45,054 bases of DNA from Acidobacteriaceae bacterium. Lineage in GTDB: Bacteria > Acidobacteriota > Terriglobia > Terriglobales > Acidobacteriaceae. The translations under genes were made by a program, and so were the position numbers. The DNA is taken from the NCBI GenBank assembly GCA_003140785.1, contig PLKY01000383.1, positions 43,465-88,518 of the forward strand. The letters run 5' to 3'. Numbering within the stretch: the stretch's first letter is position 1; each line of letters starts with the position of its first letter. Of the stretch, positions 36,246 to 45,053 are shown piece by piece. The notes under the pieces are model-generated. The model searched no databases and was not told where the DNA came from. It saw nothing but the letters and a program-made list of their open reading frames with translations.

Positions 36246-37721
36246 ATGAAGATTTGTCTTGTTGCGACTTTTCCTCCCAGCGGACGCCAGCTGAATGAGT
36301 ACGCGTTCCACATTGCAAGGGAGCTCAAGCGCCATCCCGATGTCGAACTGACGATTCTCGCGGATGAGTTGACTAACTATGACTTTGCGACGGACGAGAA
36401 AGGCAACTCCCTCAATGCGCCGCAGCAATCGGAATTGCCTGGATTTAATGTAGTTCGTTGCTGGGATTTCAATAGCCTGAGAACTCCACTCCGGCTCATC
36501 AATGTCATTCGGCGCATCAAGCCTGACATTGTGTGGTTCAATCTGGTTTTCTCCAGCTTCGCTACTCCTGATAAACCGGTAGCTGCAATGGCCGGGCTGT
36601 CTGCTCCGGCGCTGGCCAAAGCCTGCGGCTATTTCACGCACGTCACGCTGCACCACGTTCTGGAGCACGTGGACTTTGTAGCAGCAGGGGTTCGGCGAGA
36701 GCGCCTTTTCCGCATGGGCACAGACATTGCAACGCGCGCGCTGCTCAGAGCCGACTCCGTCTCAGTGCTGCTTCCCGGCTATCAACGAACGCTGATCTCG
36801 AAATATGCGGCGAAGAATGTGCTGCTGGGCACGCACGGCACTTTTGCAGCGAGCCCGACGCCCCCGGATTTCACAAAGCGGGGTAACCCGGAGCTTCGCA
36901 TTCTGGCCATTGGACACTGGGGAACCTATAAGCGCCTCGAGACACTGATGAAGGCGTTTCCAATGATCCTGAAGAAGGTTCCGCACGCGAAGTTAGTCGT
37001 GGCAGGCGCAAATCACCATACACGCGCCGGGTATTGGGAGTCGATACGGGCAGCGCAGCCGGATAACTTACCCATTGAGTTTCGCGGATACGTGCCCGAG
37101 GAAGCTATTCCCGATCTGTATCAATCTACTTCGGTGCTGGTGATGCCCTACGATTCGGCGACCGGCTCCAGCGGACCCGCGCATCAGGCATGCGAGTACG
37201 GTGTACCCATCGTTTGCGCCGATATTCCCGATTTGCGGGAAATGGCGGCCGACGAGGACATGGCGGTCAGCTTCTACGGAACCGGCGATGCTGAGGATCT
37301 GGCCGAGCAGTTGATTACGATTCTGAATTCGTCCGAACTGCAACGCCGGATGGCGGAACATAACTACAACGCGGGCGTGCGAATGACGATGAGCTTCGTA
37401 ATTCGTAACTACCTTCGCTGGTTTGAACTCCACAGGCGCAAAAAGGCTATTCGCAACGGAGAAGCATTTGCAGCAGTTGACCCCGTAGCCGTGCAGATTA
37501 CGCCGTCGCATACAGACAGTATTCCGCCTGACCGGCCGTCGGGTTCTTTTCAGAACGGCGAAGACAAGGAGGACCTTCGGGGGCAGGTCGAGTTGACTGC
37601 TGAGGGTGACTGCATCGCCGAGTTGGGTAATGCGTCGATTTGGGATTCGCCGCATGGAGCGCGGAATGGAGCTATGGTTGATTGCTATCCTTCCGAACCG
37701 ACGTTCGAAGGGGAATGCTGA
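36246..37721 (+). CDS. GT4 (GT-B, retaining) glycosyltransferase with a ~95-aa C-terminal tail
   Basis: MKICLVATFPP, GHWGTYKRLE, GYVPEE and VLVMPY...SG...A...GVPIV motifs. Confidence 0.9.
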   Translation: MKICLVATFPPSGRQLNEYAFHIARELKRHPDVELTILADELTNYDFATDEKGNSLNAPQQSELPGFNVVRCWDFNSLRTPLRLINVIRRIKPDIVWFNLVFSSFATPDKPVAAMAGLSAPALAKACGYFTHVTLHHVLEHVDFVAAGVRRERLFRMGTDIATRALLRADSVSVLLPGYQRTLISKYAAKNVLLGTHGTFAASPTPPDFTKRGNPELRILAIGHWGTYKRLETLMKAFPMILKKVPHAKLVVAGANHHTRAGYWESIRAAQPDNLPIEFRGYVPEEAIPDLYQSTSVLVMPYDSATGSSGPAHQACEYGVPIVCADIPDLREMAADEDMAVSFYGTGDAEDLAEQLITILNSSELQRRMAEHNYNAGVRMTMSFVIRNYLRWFELHRRKKAIRNGEAFAAVDPVAVQITPSHTDSIPPDRPSGSFQNGEDKEDLRGQVELTAEGDCIAELGNASIWDSPHGARNGAMVDCYPSEPTFEGEC

Positions 37722-37878
37722 GCCGATCCGGGCCTCCATGATCGATCCATCATCTCTGCCTTGACCCCAAAAGGAGAAGTTCTTGAAGCATCGAACCACT
37801 CGCCGTTCGAGCCCTTTCATCTCTTCGCTCGTGCTGATGAAGGCTCGTCTGCTGTCTTTGGCGATCTGATGTGGAACC

Positions 37879-38988
37879 TTACCAGATTCCCTTGTTGCTA
37901 CCGGTGATCTTCTGGCCGACAGCGGCTGCAGTGGCAAGCCAGGGAAGTAATCCGAGGCGAACGGTGCTCTCGAGTTCTCTTCTGCGCAAAAGCGCGGTGA
38001 GCTGCGTGCGGTAAAGGCCGGCGGACTGCGGCAGGATTGGAACACGCAGGAATTCTCGAGCGAAGCAGACCTTGTCGCCGCCGAAACGCGCGGTGGCTCG
38101 GACGGATCGCGGCAGGTCGAGACCAGAGCCGCGGTATTGGTTCACGTAGTCGGACACGATGACGAGATAGGTCGCCATCCCTTCCCAGATACCGGCTGCG
38201 GTCGCCGCACGTTCGAGGTCGTCGTAGTCGACGGCACCACTTTCAACCAGAACGGCGCTGTCGACGATGTCGCAGAGACGGAAGTAGAAGTGGCGATACA
38301 TGCGCTGCAGCGCGGAAATCATCAGGCGGTCGGAGATCGCCGGGACGCGGAACGTACGGCCTTCGACCCGAATCTGCCGCGCCCGGCGAGCCACGGACGA
38401 TGCGAGGACGGTTTGCTCGCCCGCTTGACCGAGGCGGCCAACGTGAATCTCGACTGCTTCAGGAAGCTCGGGGATGAGGAAATTCCACTTGCGCGCCAGC
38501 CGGTCGCCCCAGCTTCGCGGAGCAAGGCTCGCGCTGAACCGGCGCTTCATGAGCTCGAGCACGGTCTCGGGAGTCGCGGTCGAGTACAGATCCAGATCGC
38601 TACCCAGATCGGGCCAGTGATCCAACGACTTGATCACCATGACGTCGTGGCCCTCCTGCTCAAATGCGGCGCAGACGGCGTGCAGGTGGGGCAAGGCATT
38701 CTGAATGCGGGCGCGCTCAGCAGTCACCGCCTCTGCCGCCCACACCGCGCGAGTTTCGTTCCCAGCCCTCTCGACGAGGCTGCGGAAGTTCTCCATGCCG
38801 CGCACGATGACGTGGTTGGAACTGGCGAGCGCGGCCAGTTCGTCGAAATCTTCGCCGCTGATGTTGGTGAGTTGCGAATCCAGAATATTCGTTCTGCGCT
38901 CGGGCGCCTGCCGGGTGGCATCAACGGAGAGCAACAGGTGCGAGAGAAGAAGCATGGACTTCTTCGACGGAGTGTTTGCTCTAGGCAT
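37879..38988 (-). CDS. Uncharacterised nucleotidyltransferase (Pol-beta superfamily, NTP_transf_5-like)
   Basis: VMVIKS...GSDLDL (hGS-DxD), VEIH and RLCDI motifs. Confidence 0.78.
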   Translation of the reverse strand: MPRANTPSKKSMLLLSHLLLSVDATRQAPERRTNILDSQLTNISGEDFDELAALASSNHVIVRGMENFRSLVERAGNETRAVWAAEAVTAERARIQNALPHLHAVCAAFEQEGHDVMVIKSLDHWPDLGSDLDLYSTATPETVLELMKRRFSASLAPRSWGDRLARKWNFLIPELPEAVEIHVGRLGQAGEQTVLASSVARRARQIRVEGRTFRVPAISDRLMISALQRMYRHFYFRLCDIVDSAVLVESGAVDYDDLERAATAAGIWEGMATYLVIVSDYVNQYRGSGLDLPRSVRATARFGGDKVCFAREFLRVPILPQSAGLYRTQLTALLRRRELESTVRLGLLPWLATAAAVGQKITGSNKGIW

Positions 38989-39014
38989 GAAGGCAGGAAT
39001 CCCTGGGTCGAGTT

Positions 39015-40205
39015 CTAATGTTGCGGTTGAGGCGTCGCCGTTGAAGAATCCGGTGCTGATTCGGCGGGCGCGGGCGACTGCGCTGGTTTCGGCGTAGCCA
39101 CAGGCGTGCCGTCGCGATGCCGCAGCTGGATTGGGCCGGTCTGCCGGCGACGCGCTTCACGCTCCTGCTCCAGCTTGTTCTCGGTTTCCTGATCATTTTT
39201 GGTAGCGACTGTGCCCAGCGGGTTCCCCTCCGCGTCGTGCCGGGTCGCTAATCCAACCGGAGCGCCGGCATCGTCGGCTTTCTGCGCCTTCGCGTAAAAG
39301 AATTCAGCCGTTTCGATGTCGCCATCGTGCTCCGCAACATAGCCGGCGTTATTGAGGGAGAAAGCGCTATACGGATTCAGCGTATACGCCTGGATGAAGT
39401 CCTGGCGAGCCGTGTTCCAGTCGTTGCGATTGATGGCGGCCACTCCGCGCGACGCGAGCAATGAGGATTTTGCCTGACTGTTGTTGAGATCCTGAATGCG
39501 CTGTTCGAGGCGCTGGGCGTTGGCAGCGGCCATCTGGCTTACGGGCCGACCACGCCATGCGCCGGTGAGGGTGACAACCGCCGGTTCGGTTGAGCGTGAA
39601 GAGGCAGCTGCGTCGTAGTAGCGAAGGGCCTGGTCGTAATCGCCGATGGCTTCGCTGGCAACACCCAGGTTATTCAATGTGAAGGTATTCCGAGGATCCA
39701 GTTTCAATGCCGTCTGGAGCAGTGTTTCCGCTTCGAGGCCTCGATTCTGAGACAGCAGAGTCATTGCGTCGAAGTTCATGCGGTTGACGCGCATGGGCAC
39801 GTCTTTGAGGCTGTCGAGCGCGTAGCTCATGCGCTTGCCCTGCAAGTCCTGTTCGTTGCTTTGGTCGATGAAGGCGTCGGTGCCCTGCTCTGACGCGAGC
39901 TTATAGAACCGCTGAGCGCGGTCAAGCTGGCCCTGCAACTCGGCGATGTAGCCAAGATTGTTCAGGGTGAACGGGTCGGAGGGGTCGTAGAGATAGGCCT
40001 TGTAAAAAAGCGTTTCGGCGGTTTCATATCGCTGCTTGCGCACGGCGGCCACACCATCGCGATTGAGTCGCTGCACCGGCGTTAGCTGGCTGCGCCTGGG
40101 AATACTGATTTTGATGTCCTTCTGCGCCTGCGACTGCAGCGCACCGATCAGGAATACCGCTGCTATCGGGACGAGCCGTACAAGCTGTTTGCGGACCATG
40201 CGCAT
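39015..40205 (-). CDS. Exported TPR-repeat protein
   Basis: Signal peptide from ATG 40205 or 40199 (SQA|Q); three (T/S)LNNxG TPR units. Confidence 0.82.
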   Translation of the reverse strand: MRMVRKQLVRLVPIAAVFLIGALQSQAQKDIKISIPRRSQLTPVQRLNRDGVAAVRKQRYETAETLFYKAYLYDPSDPFTLNNLGYIAELQGQLDRAQRFYKLASEQGTDAFIDQSNEQDLQGKRMSYALDSLKDVPMRVNRMNFDAMTLLSQNRGLEAETLLQTALKLDPRNTFTLNNLGVASEAIGDYDQALRYYDAAASSRSTEPAVVTLTGAWRGRPVSQMAAANAQRLEQRIQDLNNSQAKSSLLASRGVAAINRNDWNTARQDFIQAYTLNPYSAFSLNNAGYVAEHDGDIETAEFFYAKAQKADDAGAPVGLATRHDAEGNPLGTVATKNDQETENKLEQEREARRRQTGPIQLRHRDGTPVATPKPAQSPAPAESAPDSSTATPQPQH

Positions 40206-40399
40206 TCTTCCACCCTGCCTGAACCCGGGACCTTTCGGCCAGGCCATTTGAAACATATGAGTTGGATGCGGAAGAGCCGCCTGTGTTTGCCGGGATGAAC
40301 GCGGAACCCCGCGAAACGGGGTGGTTCCTGGCCAACCACCGCCCATCGCCAGCCATCCAACTACCGCTGCAATTTTTTTAGACCCTGGAGTCCACTGCA

Positions 40400-41329
40400 A
40401 TGCGTCGTTCTCTGATCCCCGTCGTGCTCGGTCTGGCGTTGGTTACGCCGTGGTCGTTTGCCAACTCGGATCCCGGAGGGCCTGGCACGCCGCCCGCGCC
40501 GAACGCAGCCGCAGCGGCCACGACCGACGCGGTCACAACCGACGCGGATTTGAGCCCCACGACAGGAACCACTGCGAGCTTTTTGCCTCCCCTTCCCTCG
40601 CTGCCGCACGGCAAGACCACCGTCATTGGCGGAGTGATTCGCCGTATCGACCCGGTCAGCGATCAGATGACGCTGAAAGTGTACGGTGGCGGAAAGCCGA
40701 TGAAGATTCTGTTCGACGAGCGCACCCAGCTCTATCGCGACGGAGTGCGAACGCCGCTGGACGATATGCGTGCCGAGGATCATGCTTCTGTTGAAACGAC
40801 CCTGGACGGAGACGATGTTTTCGCAGTCAGCGTACACATGCTGTCGCGGTCTCCGCAGGGCGAATGCGAGGGCCAGGTGTTGGCCTTCGATCCGCGCAAC
40901 GGCGAAGTGACGCTGCGCAATACGCTTTCGGGGGAGCCGATCAAGCTGCGCGTTGAGGCGCGGACGACGATCGCGCGGATGGGCCAACCTGCCTTTGCCT
41001 CCTCGGTGACCGGCACATCGGATCTGATGCGAGGCGCCTTGATCTCGGTGAAGTTCGAAGCGGACAACGCCGGCGCAGGCGTCGCCGATGCGATTTCGAT
41101 CCTCGCCACTCCGGGATCGGGTTTCTATTTCAGCGGCAACGTCACGTTTCTTGACATGCATGCTGGCCTGATTGCGATAACGGATCCGCGCGACGAGAGA
41201 AGCTACACCATTGCCTTCGATCCAGCGCGATTCCCCGCGAGCCGGGACCTGCACGAGGGCGAGCGCGTGAGCGTGACGGCGAGCTTCGATGGCAAGCAGT
41301 ACGTCGCCAGCAAGCTAAGCGTCTACTGA
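40400..41329 (+). CDS. Exported protein with three OB-fold-like (DUF5666-like) repeats
   Basis: GGAG RBS and signal peptide (SFA|N); three units of G-x-[IV]-x-x-[IFL]D ... [LM]xxG/E-xx-[VI]SV. Confidence 0.78.
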   Translation: MRRSLIPVVLGLALVTPWSFANSDPGGPGTPPAPNAAAAATTDAVTTDADLSPTTGTTASFLPPLPSLPHGKTTVIGGVIRRIDPVSDQMTLKVYGGGKPMKILFDERTQLYRDGVRTPLDDMRAEDHASVETTLDGDDVFAVSVHMLSRSPQGECEGQVLAFDPRNGEVTLRNTLSGEPIKLRVEARTTIARMGQPAFASSVTGTSDLMRGALISVKFEADNAGAGVADAISILATPGSGFYFSGNVTFLDMHAGLIAITDPRDERSYTIAFDPARFPASRDLHEGERVSVTASFDGKQYVASKLSVY

Positions 41330-41407
41330 GCTGCATGTGGCGTGAGGCCTGCCGAGGCTGTCAGCTTCCGTCGGGATATCCACCACGACGCAACACCATA
41401 GGATAAT

Positions 41408-41500
41408 GCGGCAGGGTTTCGGGTTTGCGCACTTGAGCGCGCCACCCTTCGGGGTACGGCTCCAATCCTCGAAAGAGCGGCGAATGCTCGGCTGTGCCGT
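41408..41500 (+). ncRNA. Candidate structured non-coding RNA
   Basis: C(UUCG)G hairpin at 41444-41455, GAAA-tetraloop hairpin at 41468-41477, GCGC hairpin at 41427-41440, possible closing helix GCGGCA/TGCCGT, and upstream GATAAT at 41402-41407. Confidence 0.35.
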
Positions 41501-41583
41501 CGGACGCTAACTCTGCTCCAGAGATGTTAATGAAGGCGCTGCAAAAGAGGGACAACCCGGGATGGGCACGGAGATTTTCGGCC

Positions 41584-41614
41584 GGAAACAGCGACGCCGC
41601 CCGAAGGCGGCGTC
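41584..41614 (-). terminator. Terminator hairpin after the 75-aa gene
   Basis: 9-bp perfect stem GACGCCGCC/GGCGGCGTC with a UUCG loop on the minus strand, followed by GCTGTTTCC (weak U tract). Confidence 0.65.
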
Positions 41615-41639
41615 TGATACTACTCGTTACCGGATCGAA

Positions 41640-41867
41640 TCAAAGGGTGGATTCGATCTCGAATCCCCACGCTTCCAGCAGCGACTCAGGGATGTACTTC
41701 GAGTTGCGGTTGCGGCGAGCCCACTCGCGCAAACGGGTGGAACGGACATACTGATCCGGAGTGAGCTTAAACTCCTTGACGACCTGCTCAAAGGAGGTCA
41801 CGGTGGGCACTACCGGTCCGATCGGCTCCGGCTTGCCCCAGTTTGGATTACCACGACGCTTTGCCAT
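41640..41867 (-). CDS. Small basic hypothetical protein (75 aa)
   Basis: MAKRRGNPNWGKP...LREWARRNRNSKYIPESLLEAWG; GC3-biased codons, GAGGG upstream and its own terminator. Confidence 0.75.
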   Translation of the reverse strand: MAKRRGNPNWGKPEPIGPVVPTVTSFEQVVKEFKLTPDQYVRSTRLREWARRNRNSKYIPESLLEAWGFEIESTL

Positions 41868-42273
41868 GTATGATTTACCCTCTGCCATTGAAAGTGACGT
41901 ACCAGAAAATCCGGAGGCCCGTATAGACCTGCTCGGGAAGTCACAAAACTTTACTATTATAAGTATTTTTTCTATGGAAATCAAGAGAAAAATGCCCAAT
42001 TGCGAGAGCGTACCCCAAAACTAAACACATCTGCAATCAATTAGATGTCAAAAAGGGTGAAAGGGGTTCACAGCGGTGACGGAGGTCATGCGAGGCACAT
42101 CCGGAGGGCTTCAGCAGGGTTGACAAGCCCGCCGTAATCGCTCAGGTACTCTCTTGAAAGTGATCGGAGGATCGGGCTTTGTTCACAAATTCTGAGCGGC
42201 TCCGGCCAGCCATTGCGTCTGGCGGCGCGCCCGTTTCTGGGCGCCTTTATGCTGGCCCACGGCTGGGGAGCTT

Positions 42274-42867
42274 TCAGCCCGGCAGGCTCTCGAGGAGTTC
42301 GGCGGCTGTCACCACAATCCCTCGCCGCGGAAAGAATTTTTCAAGCAGAGTGGAGTGCACCTCTGCATCCTGGTCGGCGCAGCAGTCCGCGATCACGATG
42401 ACCCGATAGTCGGCGTCGACGGCATCGAGCAAGGTGGAGAGAACCACGCCGCTGGTCGCGATGCCGAACATCACCAGCGTATCGATCTCTTTGGCGCGCA
42501 GGATCATGTCGAGGTCGGTTCCGGTGAAGGCGCTGATGCGGTGCTTGGTGATGACGATGTCGTCGCCCTCGGGTCCGAGCGCTGGATGAATCTTGCCGGC
42601 TTCACCCTGGAAGAGCTGTTGCCGTTCCGGCGAATTCTTGACCGCCACGAAGAGCGCATTGCGTGAGCTGACCTCGGGCAAGCCTGGGCGAAAGCCGACC
42701 TGGATGTGGATGACGGTCACGCCGCGCTTACGGCAGCGACGAAGGACCTCAGCGGCACGCGAGGTGAACGCATCCTGATCGCCCACGTAAATGGATACGA
42801 TCGCCGACTGCATATCCATGCTGAGAACGGCGGTGCGTGCCGGATCGAGCGCTGGTTGGATGGGCAT
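42274..42867 (-). CDS. Isochorismatase-family (cysteine hydrolase fold) protein
   Basis: TAVLSMDMQ, KHRISAFTGTDL, GIATSGVVLST and DCCAD motifs. Confidence 0.88.
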   Translation of the reverse strand: MPIQPALDPARTAVLSMDMQSAIVSIYVGDQDAFTSRAAEVLRRCRKRGVTVIHIQVGFRPGLPEVSSRNALFVAVKNSPERQQLFQGEAGKIHPALGPEGDDIVITKHRISAFTGTDLDMILRAKEIDTLVMFGIATSGVVLSTLLDAVDADYRVIVIADCCADQDAEVHSTLLEKFFPRRGIVVTAAELLESLPG

Positions 42868-42878
42868 AGGACCTCAGC

Positions 42879-43883
42879 TCACTTATCCAGCGAGAATTGA
42901 TATTCGACGATCGTCTTAAGCTGATCGTAGGAAACCGCCATCATGGGCACGGTGCGGCCATCGATAAAGAGCATCGGCGTCTCGTTGACGTTGAGTTCCT
43001 GCCCAAGATGCATAGAGGCGTCGACCGCGCTTTTGCCGGCTGGCGAATCGGCGCAGGCCGCGATCTTGTCCGGGGCGGCGCCAGCCGCGGTCGCTGCATT
43101 GCGCAAAGCCTGGTCTGCGCCCTGGCCGGCGAGGTCGTTCTGCGCGCCGAAGACCGAGCTGGCGTATTTGAAGAAGGCGTCGCTGCCGCCCTGTTGCGCC
43201 ACGCAAGCACCCCACACCGCGGCCTTGTACGCGGTGGGGTGGATATTCACGAGCGGGAAGTTCTCGAAGACAAAGTGGGCCTGAGGAAAGTCCTGCACAA
43301 GCTTCTCGGCGATGGCCTGCGCATCTTTGCAGTGAGGACACTGGAAGTCAGCGAACTCCACCAGCTCAAACTGCTTCGCCGAGGCACCGCGCGAGGGTCC
43401 ATCGGCGCGCTGCTGCAGGAGCCGGTAGTTGTTTTCGTAAGGGTGGGGTCCAAAGTCGAGGACGGCTTCCTGCGCGATGAGATGTTTGCCGTCGGGCGTA
43501 ACGAAAAAGATCAGATTGGCGATCTGTTGCGGAGTCTGTTTCTCGGCAACCAGAACCGTCACTTTGCTGACGCCTGGCGCGGCGGTTTTCTGAACGCTGT
43601 ACACCTCCCAGACGCGATTGTGGTCGTAGCCCCAGGAAGTCTTGAGGAAGGCTTCGACGTCGGTCCTGCTCGGAGAAGCAGCGTCGAAATTTGCGTCGCT
43701 GACTGGGGGAAATTGCGGCTCGGCCGGAGCGGCCTGCGGTGCGGGAGCGGCCGGCGCCTCCTGCGGCGTGGGAGCCGAGGGCGCCTCCTGCGGTGTGGGA
43801 GCGGAGGGGGTCTCCGACTGCGCGAAACACAGGGTTGAAGCAAATAGAAGCGCAACGGATGCGCTGGAAGCTAAGCGAAGCAT
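42879..43883 (-). CDS. Exported DsbA/DsbG-like thiol-disulfide oxidoreductase
   Basis: Signal peptide from ATG 43883; EFADFQCPHC active site; cis-Pro loop ETPMLFIDG. Confidence 0.88.
   Translation of the reverse strand: MLRLASSASVALLFASTLCFAQSETPSAPTPQEAPSAPTPQEAPAAPAPQAAPAEPQFPPVSDANFDAASPSRTDVEAFLKTSWGYDHNRVWEVYSVQKTAAPGVSKVTVLVAEKQTPQQIANLIFFVTPDGKHLIAQEAVLDFGPHPYENNYRLLQQRADGPSRGASAKQFELVEFADFQCPHCKDAQAIAEKLVQDFPQAHFVFENFPLVNIHPTAYKAAVWGACVAQQGGSDAFFKYASSVFGAQNDLAGQGADQALRNAATAAGAAPDKIAACADSPAGKSAVDASMHLGQELNVNETPMLFIDGRTVPMMAVSYDQLKTIVEYQFSLDK
43726..43806 (-). repeat. Three 27-bp in-frame tandem repeats encoding SAPTPQEAP x2 and AAPAPQAAP
   Basis: ggcgcctcctgcggYgtgggagcSgag at 43753 and 43780, with a degenerate copy at 43726. 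Confidence 0.8.
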
Positions 43884-43905
43884 TAGAATCCTTTCGACGT
43901 AATTC

Positions 43906-44976
43906 TTAAACCTGTACCTTAGCTGCGATGGGGAACCGTCGGCCCATCCCGAAGGCTTTTGGCGTGACTTTGAGTACGAGCGCGGCCTGCTGCCGTTTGT
44001 ACTCGCTGCGCTCCACCATTTTGACGACGGCGCGCACTGTTTCCAGATCGAGCCCCCGCTCGGCGGCGATCTTCTCCGGCGTCTCGTAATGTTCGACGTA
44101 CGCTTCAAGGATTGGGTCGAGAATGTCGTACGGAAGCAGCGAGTCGGTGTCCTTTTGTCCTGGCCGCAGCTCGGCAGACGGCGGCTTCTCGATGATCGTG
44201 CGGGGGATCACTTCCCTTTCTCGATTAATGCAACGGCACAAATCGTAAACCCGCGTCTTGAAGACGTCGCCAATCACCGCAAGGGCACCCACCATGTCTC
44301 CGTAAAGAGTGCAGTAGCCGGTGGACATTTCGCTTTTGTTGCCGGTGGTAAGAACCAGCGCGCTGAACTTGTTCGAGAAGGCCATGAGGAGTGCGCCGCG
44401 GATACGCGACTGAATGTTTTCCTCGGTGATATCCGGCTGACGGCCCGCAAAGACCGGGGCCAGGGCGTGGTTGAATCCGCTGAAGATTTCGTCGATGGAC
44501 ATCACTTCGTAGCGAATGCCAAGGTTTTCCGCGAGCTGGCGGCTGTCGTCAATCGATCCCTGCGACGAATACGGACTCGGCATACCCAGCGTCGTAACGT
44601 TCTCTGCTCCCAGGGCGCGCACGGCAATCGTCGCGACCAGAGCCGAGTCGATGCCGCCGCTGAGCGCCACGACGACCTTCGAGAATCCGCACTTGCGCAC
44701 ATAGTCGCGCGTGCCCAGCGTCAGCGCCTCCAGCATAGCCTCGTCTTCATCGCCTGGCTGTTCCCGCATGTCGCCGGTGAGTGTGTCCAGGTCGGCGAAG
44801 ATCAGGTCTTCCTCAAAACTTTTACCCTGCGCGATCACCTCACCGCTGGGCGCGATCACCAGGCTTGATCCATCGAACACCAGGCTGTCGTCGCCGCCGA
44901 CCTGGTTGACCATAACAACCGGCGCGCGGTGGCGTCTGGCGATGGCAGCCAGCATTTCCCGGCGCAGCGCGCGCTT
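43906..44976 (-). CDS. nadE: Glutamine-dependent NAD+ synthetase, 5'-truncated in this sequence
   Basis: Tail of the nitrilase domain (NQVGGDDSLVFDGSS), then LSGGIDS, ENIQSRIRG, TGNKSE and PPSAELRPGQKD. The N-terminal glutaminase part is absent. Confidence 0.9.
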   Translation of the reverse strand, partial: KRALRREMLAAIARRHRAPVVMVNQVGGDDSLVFDGSSLVIAPSGEVIAQGKSFEEDLIFADLDTLTGDMREQPGDEDEAMLEALTLGTRDYVRKCGFSKVVVALSGGIDSALVATIAVRALGAENVTTLGMPSPYSSQGSIDDSRQLAENLGIRYEVMSIDEIFSGFNHALAPVFAGRQPDITEENIQSRIRGALLMAFSNKFSALVLTTGNKSEMSTGYCTLYGDMVGALAVIGDVFKTRVYDLCRCINREREVIPRTIIEKPPSAELRPGQKDTDSLLPYDILDPILEAYVEHYETPEKIAAERGLDLETVRAVVKMVERSEYKRQQAALVLKVTPKAFGMGRRFPIAAKVQV

Positions 44977-44978
44977 GC

Positions 44979-45053
44979 GCACCATGGATCGTCGTGCTGG
45001 CCATCATCGGCATCGTTTACGGCGCGGCGGTCGCCATGGTGCAGCCCAACATG
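44979..45053 (+). CDS. nuoM: Internal fragment of NADH-quinone oxidoreductase subunit M (runs off the window end)
   Basis: Reads APWIVVLAIIGIVYGAAVAMVQPNM, the NuoM/ND4 TM segment that precedes KKLVAYSS. No start of its own. Confidence 0.7.

Noticed and set aside
37879-38988. Nucleotidyltransferase as part of a lasso-peptide cluster, toxin-antitoxin pair or CBASS system
   Set aside because: No lasso cyclase, peptidase or precursor, no HEPN partner and no CBASS effector is nearby; the context is glycan genes.
42120-42152. TTGACA...TACTCT as a sigma70 promoter
   Set aside because: The 21-nt spacer is too long, and it points into the 3' end of a convergent gene.
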